Of a stretch of 64,000 bases of DNA, positions 37,335 through 49,905 are shown piece after piece; the stretch's first letter is position 1, and every line of letters begins with the position of its first letter. The notes below the pieces were generated by a model. It was not told the DNA's origin, did not search any database, and saw only the letters and a program-made list of their open reading frames with translations. Origin of the DNA: Carcharhinus longimanus (lineage: Eukaryota); NCBI GenBank assembly GCA_030264375.1, contig JASCQW010000099.1, positions 43,178,417 through 43,242,416 on the forward strand, read 5' to 3'. The position numbers and the translations under genes are program-made.

Positions 37335-38110
37335 CAACATTTTGGAAGGTCTAATACAGATGGGAAATATAGAGTAAATGGCAGAACTCTTAAAAGTATT
37401 GACAGGCAGAGGGATCTGGGTGTACAGGTACACAGGTCACTGAAAGTGGCAACGCAGGTGGAGAAGGTAGTCAAGAGGCATACGACATGCTTGCCTTCAT
37501 CAGTCGGAGCATTGAATGTGAAAATTGGCAAGTCGTGTTGCAGCTTTATGGAACCTTAGGCCGCACTTGGAATATAGTGTTCAATTCTGGGTGCCACACT
37601 ACCAGAAGGATGTGGAGGCTTTGGAGGGGGTACAGAAAAGATTTACCAGGATGCTGCCTGGTATGGAGGGCATTAGCTATGAGGAGAGGTTGGAGAAACT
37701 TGGTTTGTTCTCACTGGAACGACGGAGGTGGAAGGGAGACCTGATAAAAGTTTACAAGATTATGAGAAGCATGGACAGAGTGGATAGTCAGAAGCTTTTT
37801 CCCAGGGTGGAAGAGTCAATTACTCGTGGGCATACATTTAAGGTGTGAGGGGCAAGGTTTATAGGAGGTATACGAGGCAAGTTTGTTGCACTGAGGGTGG
37901 TGGGTGCCTGGAACTCACTGCCAAGGGACATAGTGGAAGCAGATATGATAGTGACTTTTAAAGGGTGTCCTGACAAATATATGAATAAGATGGGAATAGA
38001 GGGATATGGTCCCCGGAAAGGTAGGGGGTTTTAGTTCAGTTGGGCAGCAGAGTCGGTGCAGGCTTGAGGGGCCGAAGGGCCTGTTCCTGTGCTATAATTT
38101 TCTTTGTTCA
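37335..38110 (+). mobile_element. CR1 LINE 3' end
   Basis: RPHLEYSVQFWVPHYQKDVEALEGVQKRFTRMLPG...YEERLEKLGLFSLERRR. Confidence 0.93.
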
Positions 38111-39027
38111 AACATCCTGTGACTTCCCTTGAACAAAGTTGCCTATTTATTTTTGAATGCGCTCTCTCCTTTGATCATTGAGTCACATCACACTTGAGCT
38201 TTGGGATTGTTCCAGATTAATATATAGGGAGTTTTTTTAGGGCAATTGAGATATCTAGAAAGGGACTGGGGGGGGTGATTTCATTCCCAGAATTGTAGAG
38301 GAGTATAAGGCAAATGGAGACTATTTGGCCCATCGGGTCTTTACCAGTCCTTTTGATGGACAATCCAGCTCATCCCATTCCTCAGGCCTTCCCCGTTTCC
38401 CTACAATTTCCTTTTTGAAAGTTACTATAGAATGAGCCCCCATTGCCTTATCCATTGCAAATCCTAACTGCGTGTTGTATTAAGAAGCTTTCCATCACTG
38501 GGTCTTTTGCCAATCACTTTAACATTGGTGCCTTTTGGATATCGATCTTCAAAGGCTGGGAACAGTTCTCTTTATCGAGTCAGTCAAAACCCTTCCAGAA
38601 TTGAAGCACAAATCCGGACTTGTATCAAACACAAAGCCAGAGGTTTTGTGGTTGCTGGCGTGAAATCGCTTGGGCATATCCAAAGAAATGCTTTGGTTAT
38701 TAAATAGCTTGTGATCTAAAATCAGGAACATTGCTCCAAGCTTTCTGAATGGACTGTTAGTGTAATTGCAGCATTTTATTATCTCTCCCGGCACCAGGTC
38801 AACTTCCTAACAAAATTAAATAAAGTTGAAGCTTAGCTGAAAAATAAATCAGCCACTCAACCATTAACTGAACTATTCCTTTCTGTTTAGGCTTTGTTAT
38901 TCTGAGAAGATTGTCTCTTTAGTCTGTGCACGTAAGTTCATTTACTATTCCCTATTTTTCAATTTAAGTTCTTCAGAGTCTCTGGATATTTGGTAATTTC
39001 CACTCAGCAGTTTTGCTAGTGGAAAGT

Positions 39028-39210
39028 TTTGATTTGATTTATTATTGTCACATGTATTAGTATACAGTGAAAAGTATTGTTTCTTGCACACTACATAAAC
39101 AAAGTTTATCGTTCATAGAGAACGAAAGGAGAAAGTGCAGAATGTAATGTTACAGTCATAGCTAGGGTGTAGAGAAAGATCAACTTAATGTAAGGTAAGT
39201 CCATTCAAAA
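39028..39210 (-). mobile_element. Rex1-type LINE 3' UTR
   Basis: Nearly identical to the 3' UTR at 42183-42340, which is attached to Rex1 coding sequence. Confidence 0.8.
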
Positions 39211-39310
39211 NNNNNNNNNNNNNNNNNNNNNNNNNNNNNNNNNNNNNNNNNNNNNNNNNNNNNNNNNNNNNNNNNNNNNNNNNNNNNNNNNNNNNNNNNN
39301 NNNNNNNNNN

Positions 39311-39455
39311 CTGTGGCTCTGGAGTCACATGTAGGCCAGACCGGGTAAGGACAGCAGATTTCCTTCCCTAAAAGACATTAGTGAACCTAACAGATTTTTC
39401 TGACAATTGACAATGGTTTTATGGTGGTACGTAGATTCTTAATTCCAGATTTTTT
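39311..39455 (-). mobile_element. SINE family C fragment
   Basis: Same core as 33901-34040. Confidence 0.85.
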
Positions 39456-39460
39456 TTGTA

Positions 39461-39842
39461 GAACAGCTATTTGGCTTCTCATTAACACAAGCAAGGGGCC
39501 GAATGGTATTTAACATGGCTGCCAGACAACTCTCAATATTGGCCATTGCTACAATGATGCGATCCATGTGATTGTTATGTTTTGGGATTGTGTACCTAAT
39601 TTAGAGTAAAATGAAGGAGGTTCAGGTGACCTGCAAAATCTGCCTGGCAGCAAGTCTGGATGGTTTAATTGTCAGAGATTAAAGGGGGACAAGATTGTTT
39701 TTACTGGGAAGAAGATGCATGATGTTTATACTTGGAGACAATGGTGGTAGCGTGTGTGCTAACAGTGGATAGGTCATGAATCTCCAAAGTGCCGGAGAAG
39801 TGGTAAGAATGTTGGGCTGTAAACAGTTCTGCTTTAAACTAT
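39461..39842 (+). repeat. Unclassified ~375-bp repeat, copy 2
   Basis: Collinear direct match to 31390-31766. Confidence 0.85.
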
Positions 39843-40011
39843 TGAGATGGCTGTATCTTATGTTTTGATGACAAGCAAGGGTCAGTCCAGCAATTGATGC
39901 TAGGATGGAGGAGCTAAGCTGCACATCCATAAGCTGTTCGGCAGATGGAGGAAGAAGCCCATCTCACCAGATTCAATGAGGGCAGCAATGGACTCCTGCA
40001 CATTTTCTATG

Positions 40012-40100
40012 ACACAGTAAGAAGTCTCACAACACTGGGTTAGTCCAACAGATTTATTTGGTAGCACGAGCTTTCAGACCACTGCTCCTTCATCAGGTGA
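40012..40100 (-). mobile_element. Penelope-like terminal repeat fragment with hammerhead motif
   Basis: Minus strand reads CACCTGATGAAGGAGCAGTGGTCTGAAAGCTCGTGCTACCAAATAAATCTGTTGGAC. Confidence 0.7.
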
Positions 40101-40319
40101 ATGATCATTTTCTATGAGAGTAAGGACTGAGGAATCTGGATGCAGTAGTTCTTAAGGGGCTGCTATTCCAACAATAAGACCACACACTCTTCTAGAGCCT
40201 GTCACTACATAAAAACTTCTGGTCTGCTGGAAAATAAATGTTCTGTCAGCTGATTCATGAGTTGGTAGGTTCAGGCCACCTGATGGGGCAAATGTCAACA
40301 GTGTGGCTTGGTCGGATTC

Positions 40320-41552
40320 TGTCACTTATCTACCTGGCGATGTGGAAACTTGTCCAGATATGTCCTGCCCACAAAGAGTAGGATAAATCCAACCCAGCCA
40401 ATTACCACCCTGTCAGTCTGTTCTCGACCATCAGTAAAGTAATGGAAAGAGTCATTAACAGTTCTATCAAGCAGCACTTGCTTAGCAATAACCTGTTCAC
40501 TGACAATCAATTTGGGTTCCACCTCATTACAGCCTTAGTCCAAACATGGACAAAAGAGCTGAACTGCAGAGGTGAGGTGAGAGTGACTTCCCTTGACACC
40601 AAGGCTATCAAGATATGCAGGTTCGGTGAATTGGCCATGCTAAATTGCCCCTTAGTGTCCCAAAATGTGTAGTTAGGGGAATTAGTGAAGTAAATATGTG
40701 GGGTTACAGAGCTTGGGTAAGATGCTCTGTTGGAGAGCTAGTGCAGACTCAATGGGTCAAATGATTTTATGGTTTGACATGTGTAGCATCAAGGAAACCT
40801 AGTAAAATTGGAGTCAATGATAATCAGTGGAAATCTTCTCCACTGGTTAGGGCCATACCTGACACAAATTAAGATGATTGTGTGATTGTTGGAGGTTAAT
40901 CATCTCAGTCCCAGGACATCGCTTCAGGGTAGTGTCATAGGCCCACTCACCTTTAGCTGCTTCATTAATGATCTTTCTGTTTGCTGATGGTTGCACAATG
41001 TTCAGTACCATTTGCAACTCCTCAAATACTGAAGCAGTCCCTGTCATATGCAGCAAATTATGAATAACATTCAGGTTTGGGTTAACAAATGGCAAGTAAC
41101 ATTCGCACCATACGAGTACCAGGTAATAACAATCTTCAACTAGAGAGATTGTAACCATTGCCCGTGGACATTCAATGGCATTACTAAAAGCGAATTTTCC
41201 ACTCATAACATCCTGGGAGTTACCATTGACCGGGAACTGAACTGGACTATCCATAAAAATACTGAAGCAACAAGAGCATGTCAGATGTTAGGCACTCTGC
41301 GGCAAGTAACTCACTTCCTGATTCCATAAAGCTTGTCCAGCATCTACAAGGCACAAGTCAGGGGTGATAGAATATTCTCCATTTGCGTGGATGAGTCCAG
41401 CTCCAACACCACTCAAGAAGCTCAACGCCATCAAGGAAAAAGCAGTCATCCAGATTTTCATCCCATTCACCACCATAAACATTCAGTCCCTGTACTACTG
41501 GTGCATAGTGACAGCAGTGTGCACAATTTACACAATGCACTGCAGCAACTCA
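40320..41552 (+). mobile_element. CR1-group LINE RT fragment (second family) with a V-SINE insert at ~40608-40770
   Basis: DKSNPANYHPVSLFSTISKVMERVINSSIKQHL...QFGF; QGSVIGP; FADGCTM; IYKAQVR...EYSPFAW. Confidence 0.85.
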
Positions 41553-41579
41553 TTGAGATTTTTTTTTCCCCAACCCTTC

Positions 41580-41975
41580 TCTTTCAGACTTTAGGAGGAA
41601 ACCCACACAGACACAGGGAGAATGTATAAACCCCGCACAGACAATGATTACTGTTACTAGAGACGCGGTCCTCGACAGACTGGAGGGGCTGATTGTGGAC
41701 AAGTCCCCAGGACCGGATGGAATGCATCCGAGGGTCCTGAAAGAAATNNNNNNNNNNNNNNNNNNNNNNNNNNNNNNNNNNNNNNNNNNNNNNNNNNNNN
41801 NNNNNNNNNNNNNNNNNNNNNNNNNNNNNNNNNNNNNNNNNNNNNNNCTTATTGAATGGCGGGGCAGGCTCGAAGGGCTAGATGGCCTACTCCTGCTCCT
41901 ATTTCTTATGTTCTTATGACTCAAGCCGAGAATTGAACACAGGTCCCTAATGCTGTGAGGCAGCAGTGCTAATCA
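41580..41975 (-). mobile_element. V-SINE split by a plus-strand CR1 insertion (41645-41918, gapped)
   Basis: SINE halves flank LDRLEGLIVDKSPGPDGMHPRVLKE [gap] and the CR1 tail TTCTTATGTTCTTATG. Confidence 0.8.
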
Positions 41976-42182
41976 TACAGCCCAATATGGAAAAAAAAAT
42001 GCAGAGATTCACTGATACGTGATTAACTCCAATTGTCAGATATTTAAGACTCAGACATTTTCTGTGCAAAACCTTCTAAATTGTAAAGTGTTATGTTTGC
42101 ACCAATAATTTTTGTGCAAAGTTAACTAAGTACTTGGCCTGATTTGTTTAATTATTTGAAACACACCCCAGAAATGTAGAGC

Positions 42183-42500
42183 TTTGATTTGACTTGATTT
42201 ATTATTGTCACATGCGTTAGTATACAGTAAAAGTTTTGTTTCTTGTGCATTATACAAACAAAGCATACCATTCATGGAGAAGAAATGAGAGAGTGCCGAA
42301 TGTAGTGTTACAGTCATAGCTAGGGTGTAGAAAAAGATCATCTTGGCGCATCTGATAGCAGCAGGGAAGGAGCTGTTCTCGAGTTGTTTGGTACATGATC
42401 TCAGAATTTTACACCCTTTTCCCGACAGAAGAAAGTGGAAGAGAATATGTCCAGGGTGCATGGGGTCCTTGATTATGCTGGCTGCTATTCCATGGGAGCT
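42183..42500 (-). mobile_element. Rex1-type LINE 3' end
   Basis: IIKDPMHPGHILFHFLLSGKGCKILRSCTKQLENSSFPAAIR (Rex1 C-terminus) plus ATCAA-repeat tail. Confidence 0.85.
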
Positions 42501-43249
42501 AGTTTGAGTGATGGACTGGGCTTCATTGTGTGTGAGAGGCTGCTTGTGTGCATGCCATTCTGAACCATCACTTACAAATCCAGCTAGCAGTCCTGTTCGC
42601 TTTGCAAACATCAATTTCCCTTTAAAACAAATTATCTATTTTGATAATCTATATGCATTTAGGTAAATATGACTGCATAGGAAAGATTGGTATGAAAAGT
42701 CTTATCAATCAGTGCTTTTTGATTAAAAATGAATTTGTCTTGCTTGAAAATTATAGCAATAGTTTGTTTCGATTTCATTTGATTTTCTACCAACATTTGA
42801 AGCTCTTTGTTGTATCAAAGGAAATACATTTGTGTAATAAGGCACCAAGCAAAAAGAACTATTGTTGCTCGTTCTGAACACCACATGTGAGTTTAATATC
42901 TGTGGAAAATTCTATTACAGAACCTGCTATACTGTATTCATTATCTTTAGGCAATGGCATTAAAATGATTGATTAAAATCTGTGACACTTGTGTGAATAC
43001 ATATTCTGGTTATATTGTTGAAAAGTGTAATACTGTGGCTGCCTTTGTTGAAAGAGTATATTGGGGAAGTGGATTTAAATGAAGTAATGGGTTAAATTAT
43101 ACCTGTTTAAGACTAAATTGGCATCCCCTTGAATAGAGATGATGAAGATGTGGGGGATGTGCATTGGGGTTGCTTAGGGATGGAGTTGGAGTAGGGCTGT
43201 GTGGAGACAGAGTTGAGACGGGGTGGGGTGGGCTGGGATTGGGTTTGGG

Positions 43250-43318
43250 GTGAGTGTGTGTGAGTGTGGGTGTATGTGTGAGTGAGTGTGAGTATGTGAG
43301 TGTGAGTGTGTGTGTGTG
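43250..43318. repeat. Imperfect (GT)n/(GAGTGT)n microsatellite
   Basis: Directly visible; runs into the gap. Confidence 0.9.
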
Positions 43319-44557
43319 NNNNNNNNNNNNNNNNNNNNNNNNNNNNNNNNNNNNNNNNNNNNNGCGGCGTGGGAGGGGGACTGAGGTTGGGTTTGGGGTA
43401 GGGGTAAAGTTGGAATGGGATCAGGTCTGAGACCCACTGATCCTTCAACTACAGCCCTCAACCATTCAACCAACTATCACCTAGACCACCCAACGATACT
43501 CCCAACCACCACATCACCCTCCAACCAACTCAACCATTTGCCACCCTACCCTCTGACCACCTCATCTACCTGCCACCAGCTCACCCACCCTAAGTACCTA
43601 CCAGCTTAGCCACTTACTTATCTCACCCACCTTACCCTCTTTTCCACTTGCCTCACCACCTTATCACCCAACCTGTTCACTCATCCGTCCAGTTACTCAT
43701 CCACTGATATTCAGACGGAATTTTTAACCTTATCCACGTGACAGCAAGTGTCATAAAAAGGAGACGTGGTCTGTCTACCTCTGACTCCAGTCAACTGGGA
43801 CTGAGGTCCACAAAAGATGCTGCTCTCTGCATTTCTGAGAAAGCTGGGCTTAGAAGTCCTGGAATTTTGAGGCCTGGATCTGCCAAGGGGCAAAGGCTGG
43901 GTGGGGTGGGGTGGTAGAGTTAAGTGTGTAAGGTGAGCAGGTGGACTGGATGGAAGGTGTTGGCTGAAAAGTGGATGAAGTGACAGGGTGGGTAAGGTGG
44001 CAGATGATTAGGGGGTACATGGGTGCTCAGAGGAGTAGTTGAATGAAGGGGGGATAGTTGGGTGGTAGAGAGGATGTTTGTGTAGTTAGGGGTTTATATG
44101 GATTAGTTGGGAGGTTGGGGGTGTAGTTGATTTGTGATAACCTTGAAATTAGCTAGACTCTGTGCAGAGGTTCCAGGAAGAAGGGGGAATTGCCAAATGG
44201 AAGTTGAAACCTCTCAGACAATTCCCACAGAGTTCAGCAGATCAGGATTTCTGCAGAGTCCTGACATGTATCTCTGATCCTACATCCTGTCTCAAGCCAA
44301 TCCAGAGACTGGAAGGCATTGGCCAATATGTCCATTTGGAACACTCCCTATACTCACTTTGACTCACAGCTTGTTCATTCTGTATCCAACTTTTATCCTC
44401 AACCTGAAATAAGAAGTACCCACAGTCTACCTTTCAGTGAAACTGATTACACCATCTTGAGTAGAGATGCTTGGGAAATTCCTTGAATCTGACATTGCTT
44501 TCCTGGAAATGTGGAGGAAAAGGTTCTCCATGTGTAAACAGGGTTCTTGGTACGCTA

Positions 44558-44915
44558 GGGGGAGGCAATGGCCTACTGAAATTATTGCTAGACTATCAGT
44601 CCAGAAACTCAGCTAATGTTCTGGGGATCCAGACGTGAATCACGCCACACTTGATGGTGGAATTTGAATTTAATAAAAAACATCTGGAATTACAAATCTA
44701 CTGATGACCATGAAACCATTGTTGATTGTCGGAAAAATCTATTTGGTTCACTAATGTCCTTTAGGAAAGGAAATCTGTCCTCCTTACCTGGTCTGGCCTA
44801 CATGTGACTCCAGATCCACAGCAAAATGGTTGCTTCTTAACTGCCCTCCAAGGGCAACTAGGGCAATAAGTGCTGGCCAACCAGTGAAACCCATAGCCCA
44901 GGAATGAATATAAAA
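44558..44915 (+). mobile_element. SINE family C, full length
   Basis: GGGGGAGGCAATGGCCTA head through the GGGCAATAAGTGCTGGCC tail. Confidence 0.88.
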
Positions 44916-45383
44916 AGATATTGTCTAAGTAATGTTAGTGAGGGGAGCAAATCCAAGGATTTTCCCTGTTAGTGCATGTTAATAACCTGCCTGGGATTCA
45001 TATCAAATCCCAAAAGTGCAAGGAAGCAACAAATCAAAGTAACTACTAAAGGAGTCTAGGTTACACTAACAGTAAAAAAAGGATTAAATTGGATAAGCCC
45101 TGATGATGGGCATGGGAATTATGATCCACAGTTAACCCATGTTTGTTCATTACGATGCAGGGAGCAACACTTCAAGTTCATGCTACCTGCTGTTTTGACT
45201 AATTGCTGTATACAACTAGCCCTACTCCCATCTTTTCAATTGCTGCACATCTCAACAGGGGGACTGGATTATCACTCATCACTGTAGCTCCTTAAATGCT
45301 GCTTTTAAAGGGGTGGTGCATTATGGCTCTCTGCAGTGCTGAGTCCTCAGAAAAGTGATTTTTAAGCAGTGATATTTTGAGGA

Positions 45384-45870
45384 ATGGCTGAAGTGTGAGA
45401 GTCTGAGCACCAAGTTTTGATGATATACTAGTGATGTTTGTACAAGATGTGGGAAGAAGGAGTGACATCTCTATAAGGAGGCTGTGGGCCCTGTCAGGAG
45501 GCAGTGATAAGATGTATTGCCAGGGGTCAGTGCTGGCTCTGAGAACACGATGCAGCGCAGGAAAAGTTCAACAGTCTGGCCAGAGTTGTTAAGGTGATTG
45601 AGTTTATCTTCAAATGGCATATCCGACTAACTGCATCAGTACCTCATCCATTGGTCATCTCCCTGACCCCACCTTGCTACTCTCACACACATAGCACTAT
45701 TACAGGCCTCACACCCAAAATTCACAACCCACGCATACTAGAACTTACTCAACCATGATTGCCACATCACTCAAACAGTTCTCCCTCTCTTACAGCAGCG
45801 CAAACCAGGTGGACAAGCACTCTTGCATGTTTTCACCTCCATGGAGGAGGTTATTGTTGGCATTCAATGA
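45384..45870 (+). pseudogene. Harbinger Myb/SANT-like gene relic
   Basis: Exon 45384-45593 ends KFNSLARVVK|GTGA; the next acceptor (CTCCCTCTCTTACAG) is followed by PGGQALLHVFTSMEE. Confidence 0.6.
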
Positions 45871-47149
45871 AACTATCTGCTTACCGAAACTTCCCTCCCC
45901 TAATCCCCTTCACCCTCATCCCCTCAATCTCCCCTGACTCACACGATACAGATGATGCAGTCACACACTTCCTACTCCCTCCTCTCGCATCAACACAACC
46001 CAACCTTGCCCCCTGGGGAAGGGAGCAGAGAGGGGAGAGTGCCCCCTCCACTTCAGTGGTTGGGGATGTAGAAGGGTGGAGAATGTCCCCCTGAAAGTTA
46101 CGTGGTGGGGCAGAGGCGGGAGTCACTCTGAAGATTGTGGGCGTTGTCCTCCATGTCTGTGGGGTGTTAGGGGAACTTATTTTATATGCAGATTGGGGCT
46201 CCCTTTGAAGATAGCATCCTGATGTCTGTGGAGCCAGCTCTATTGGATCCCCACTGCCCCGCTAAAGTGATGGTGGTAAATACGCCCCCAGATTTTCTCT
46301 GCAACAAGTTTTTTCACTCCGGATTTTCTTGGACTCAGCACACAGAACTGGCAAAGCTGGCTCCACAGAGACAAGTGTGCCATCTTTAAAAGGCACCCCA
46401 ATCTGTACTGGAATTAAACTCCCCCCAATTCATCCAAACACATGGAGGCCCCCCACTAACATTGGGGCAGTCCCATGATGAAAACATTGGGAAACAACAC
46501 CCACCGATGCACCATGCAAGCATTGGAGTGTCTCTCCCCTCCCATTTGGGGAAAACTCCTGCCCCCCCCTCCAAACATTGAGACACTCCCCCCAGTAGAT
46601 ATTGGCCCTCCTGTGGCCCAAGTTATCAGGGTGGCCCCTGTCCCCCCTTGCATTGGGCCTCCCCCCCTCAGAGACATTGGGGTATGCCCTCCCACCAAAC
46701 ACAAAAGGAATACCACCCCAATCAGTTCCCCAGAGGGCCCTGTACGAACAGTGCCAACCTAGCAGTGCAAACTGGTAGTGCCACCCAGTGCCAGGGCTCA
46801 TCACCCAGGGATTATATTTACCTGTGTTTCATTTTTGAAATCAATTTGTGACTTGTGCCAGTGTGACATCACACTGGTTGGATGAGGTGATATGTTGAGG
46901 GAAAAAGAAACGTAAAATAGGTTAAGCCCTATAATAAGATTCAAATTTATTATAAAATATGTTAATTAGGCTTGTAGCCTCTCTGTGCCTGGAGTTGATT
47001 ATGTCTTGGAGGGAGCGGGCAGGGAAGGTCTCATTCCAAGATCCTGCTGGCATAAGTCCCCTTTTTGGCCCCTTGCAAGATTTCATGGCCATTATGGGAT
47101 TTGCACTCACAGCTAGCATAGCTGCTAGTTTGTGTCATCTGTTTATTTC

Positions 47150-48356
47150 TCCACAGATATTGCCTGGTCTGCTCTGTATGTCCAACATTTTCTGTTTTCA
47201 ATGCACATTCATGGATGGTGCAAAGACCTGTGGCGCCAAGGAGTGCCTGAGAATCTATGTACTGTGGCTAAGGTACTGCCCACGTACTTAACATAGAAAC
47301 ATAGAAGATAGAAGCAGGAGGAGGCTATTTGGCCCTTGTAGGATGCAAGGGAAGTGCCAGCAAACAGTCTGCACATTAAGAGAGCTTTTGGTTGACAAAT
47401 ATCCCTGGCTGTTGAATTGGTGTCATGATGACCCCTTTCACTCCAGGCAATCCCTCAATGGCCCCAAAGTCTCTTTCTCTCTCAGACTAGTTGTGTTTTT
47501 CAGTAATAAGCTTGATGTAGTTATCCACAGTCCTGAAAAGTGCCTTGATGATGTACTGATGCAGTGAGGGGCTGCTGGTGGAGATAGAAACCATAGAATC
47601 CCAACAATGCAGAAGGAGGCTGTTTGGCACCGACCACAATACCACCCAACCACTGTCCCCTCTCTCCCATTTATTTATCCTGCTAATCCCCCGACACTAA
47701 GGGGCAATTTAGCATGGCCAATCAACCTAACCTGCACATCTTTGGACTGTGGGAGGAAGCTGGAGCACTTGGAGTAAACCCACACAGACATGGGGAGAAT
47801 GTGCAAACTCCACACAGACAATGATCCAAGCTGGGAATTGAACCAAGTCCCTGGCTCTGTGAGGCAGCAATTCTAACCACTATGTCACCTGTAGATCCCC
47901 AATTGATTCTTCAAAGGATCCCAAAGCATTGACATTCAAAACCGCTGTGAGCTCAGTGCCACCAACACTGCGTGTCTACCCACACAATTTGAACTTATTT
48001 CTCCTGTAAATTGATGTGACTGCCTCCCTGGAGAGACACAGCCACCTAAGATATTGCCGTTTGCCATCTGGTGGTAATTTGAGCACTGTCTGTGCACTGG
48101 CCTTACTTCTCCTAGGCCGGCCCTCCTCGTGTTCCTCTCTGAGGCATTCCAGCCCCCCTGCATCACCATGCCCTGCAAGTGTCCAATCAGCAGGTTGCCC
48201 TTCCCACTGTGTGCACAAAGTGATCTGAGATCAGTCCTCTCACCTCTCCTGCAGTCTCGATTGCAACCTCAATCACTTCACTGCCCTCTTTTCATCAGCT
48301 CTGATCAGCAGCCTTAGTGTTGTTGACCCTTCCTGCAGCAATTCCTCCTCTACCAT
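47150..48356 (-). pseudogene. PIF/Harbinger (HARBI1-like) transposase relic, interrupted by SINE/LINE inserts
   Basis: LCLSREAVTSI...GRHAVLVAL..TAVLN...GSF...GDL; FGAIEGLPGVKGVI; QPGIFVNQK..SLNVQTVC; ILRHS. Confidence 0.8.
47590..47888 (-). mobile_element. HE1-type V-SINE inside the transposase relic
   Basis: Tail, V-core and head present. Confidence 0.88.
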
Positions 48357-48601
48357 GCGGTCTGTGCAACCAACCTAAAATGCGTGGGGAAAACATTGAG
48401 GATTGTTGGGATCATAACTTCTTCAGAGTGGCAATCATTGTTGGATTGTCATTCTGTACTGACTTGTCTTAAATTCTTAAGTGCTTATCTTGCCTGATCT
48501 TCTTGATTCTCTTAAGCGAATATATTGAGTGACGGCACATTCACTTTAATATGAAATACATTGTCGCACAATATGGATGCATGAATGGTATATCTAGATT
48601 A

Positions 48602-48905
48602 GGGCGGCACGGTGGCACAATGGTTAGCACTGCTATCTCACAGCTCCAGAGGCCTGAGGTCGATCCCTGGCTTGGGTGACTGTCTGCGTAGTTCGCGTGT
48701 TCTCCCCGTGTCTGTGTGCTCTGGTTTCCTTCCACAGCCCAAAGATACGTAGGTTAGGCTGATTGGCCATGCTAAATTGAGCCTTAGTGTCAGGGGGATT
48801 AGCAGGGTAAATATGTGGGGTTACAGGGATAGGGCCTGGGTGGGATTTTGTTGGCGCAGGCTCAAAGGGCCAAATGGCCTCCTTCTGCACTGTAGGGATT
48901 CTATG
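48602..48905 (+). mobile_element. HE1-type V-SINE, near full length
   Basis: GGGCGGCACGGTGGCACAATGGTTAGCACTG...GCACTGTAGGGATTCTATG. Confidence 0.92.
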
Positions 48906-49454
48906 TTTATATCTACCAATTGAATAGGGGTGTTTGTGGGGAACAAGACTGGTGGAGGTGGGGTGGTAGATGAATAGAATAATTTTGAGATCTAGATGTA
49001 TGTCACTAAAATACAGGCGCACAAAGCAATGAGAGATTTGATATCAACATAAGTACCACTACAGTTATAAAAAATGCCCTTGGAATACTGGGATAACCTC
49101 TTGACTTTACTCTTACTGTGGGCAACATCTTTCAGTTATCCAGATACACAAAATTAATGTGTTCTCAANNNNNNNNNNNTCTCAAGTTGATAACATGTGC
49201 TTCTGGCAAGGTTCCTTTGCAAGGAACACAAGACCAGAAAATTGCCCTTCCACTGTTCAGTTCTGCTTGTCCCAAAATAGAAGAATCTGTTGGACATGGT
49301 GAAAGTTCAGATATGACTAACTAGAGTCATGCCTGCAGTAAAGGGATATAGTTATGCTGGGAATTATTATTCATGGGGATGACGAGATTAAGGGTGATGT
49401 AATTGAAATATTTAAAGTTATTGAGGCATAATGACACAGTAGATTATCCTACAT

Positions 49455-49905
49455 ATGGAAGGATTTTCTTATAAAGAGAGGTTGAATGGGGTGGACCTCT
49501 ACTTATTAGAGTTTAGAAGAATGAGAGGCAACCTTATTGAGATGTATAGGATTCTTAGGGGACTTGACAGGGTCGATGTTGAGAGGTTGTTTCCCTTTCT
49601 GGGAGAGTCTAGGATCAGAGAGCATAATCTCAGAGTAAAATGTCACTCATTTAAGATAAGAGATGAGAAAGAATTTCTTCTCTCAGAGGATAATGAATCT
49701 GTGGAATTCTTTACCGCAGAGGCTGTGTCGTTAAGTGCATTGAAGGGTGAGACAGACAGGTTTTTAATTAGTAAGGGTTATGTGGACAAGTTGGGAAAGT
49801 GGAGTTGAGGGTTATCATATCAGGTCAGTCATGATCTCATCGAATAGCTTAGCCGACTCGCTGGGCCAAATGGCCTACTACTGCACTTACATCTCATGGT
49901 TGTAT
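49455..49905 (+). mobile_element. CR1 LINE 3' end, within older CR1 remnants (~49370-50200)
   Basis: MEGFSYKERLN...LEFRRMRGNLIEMYRILRGLDRVDVERLFP. Confidence 0.9.

Noticed and set aside
39311-39387. 77-bp perfect identity with the SINE at 33901-33977 (possible gene conversion)
   Set aside because: It starts exactly at a gap edge in a high-copy repeat, so assembly collapse or near-consensus identity is more likely.
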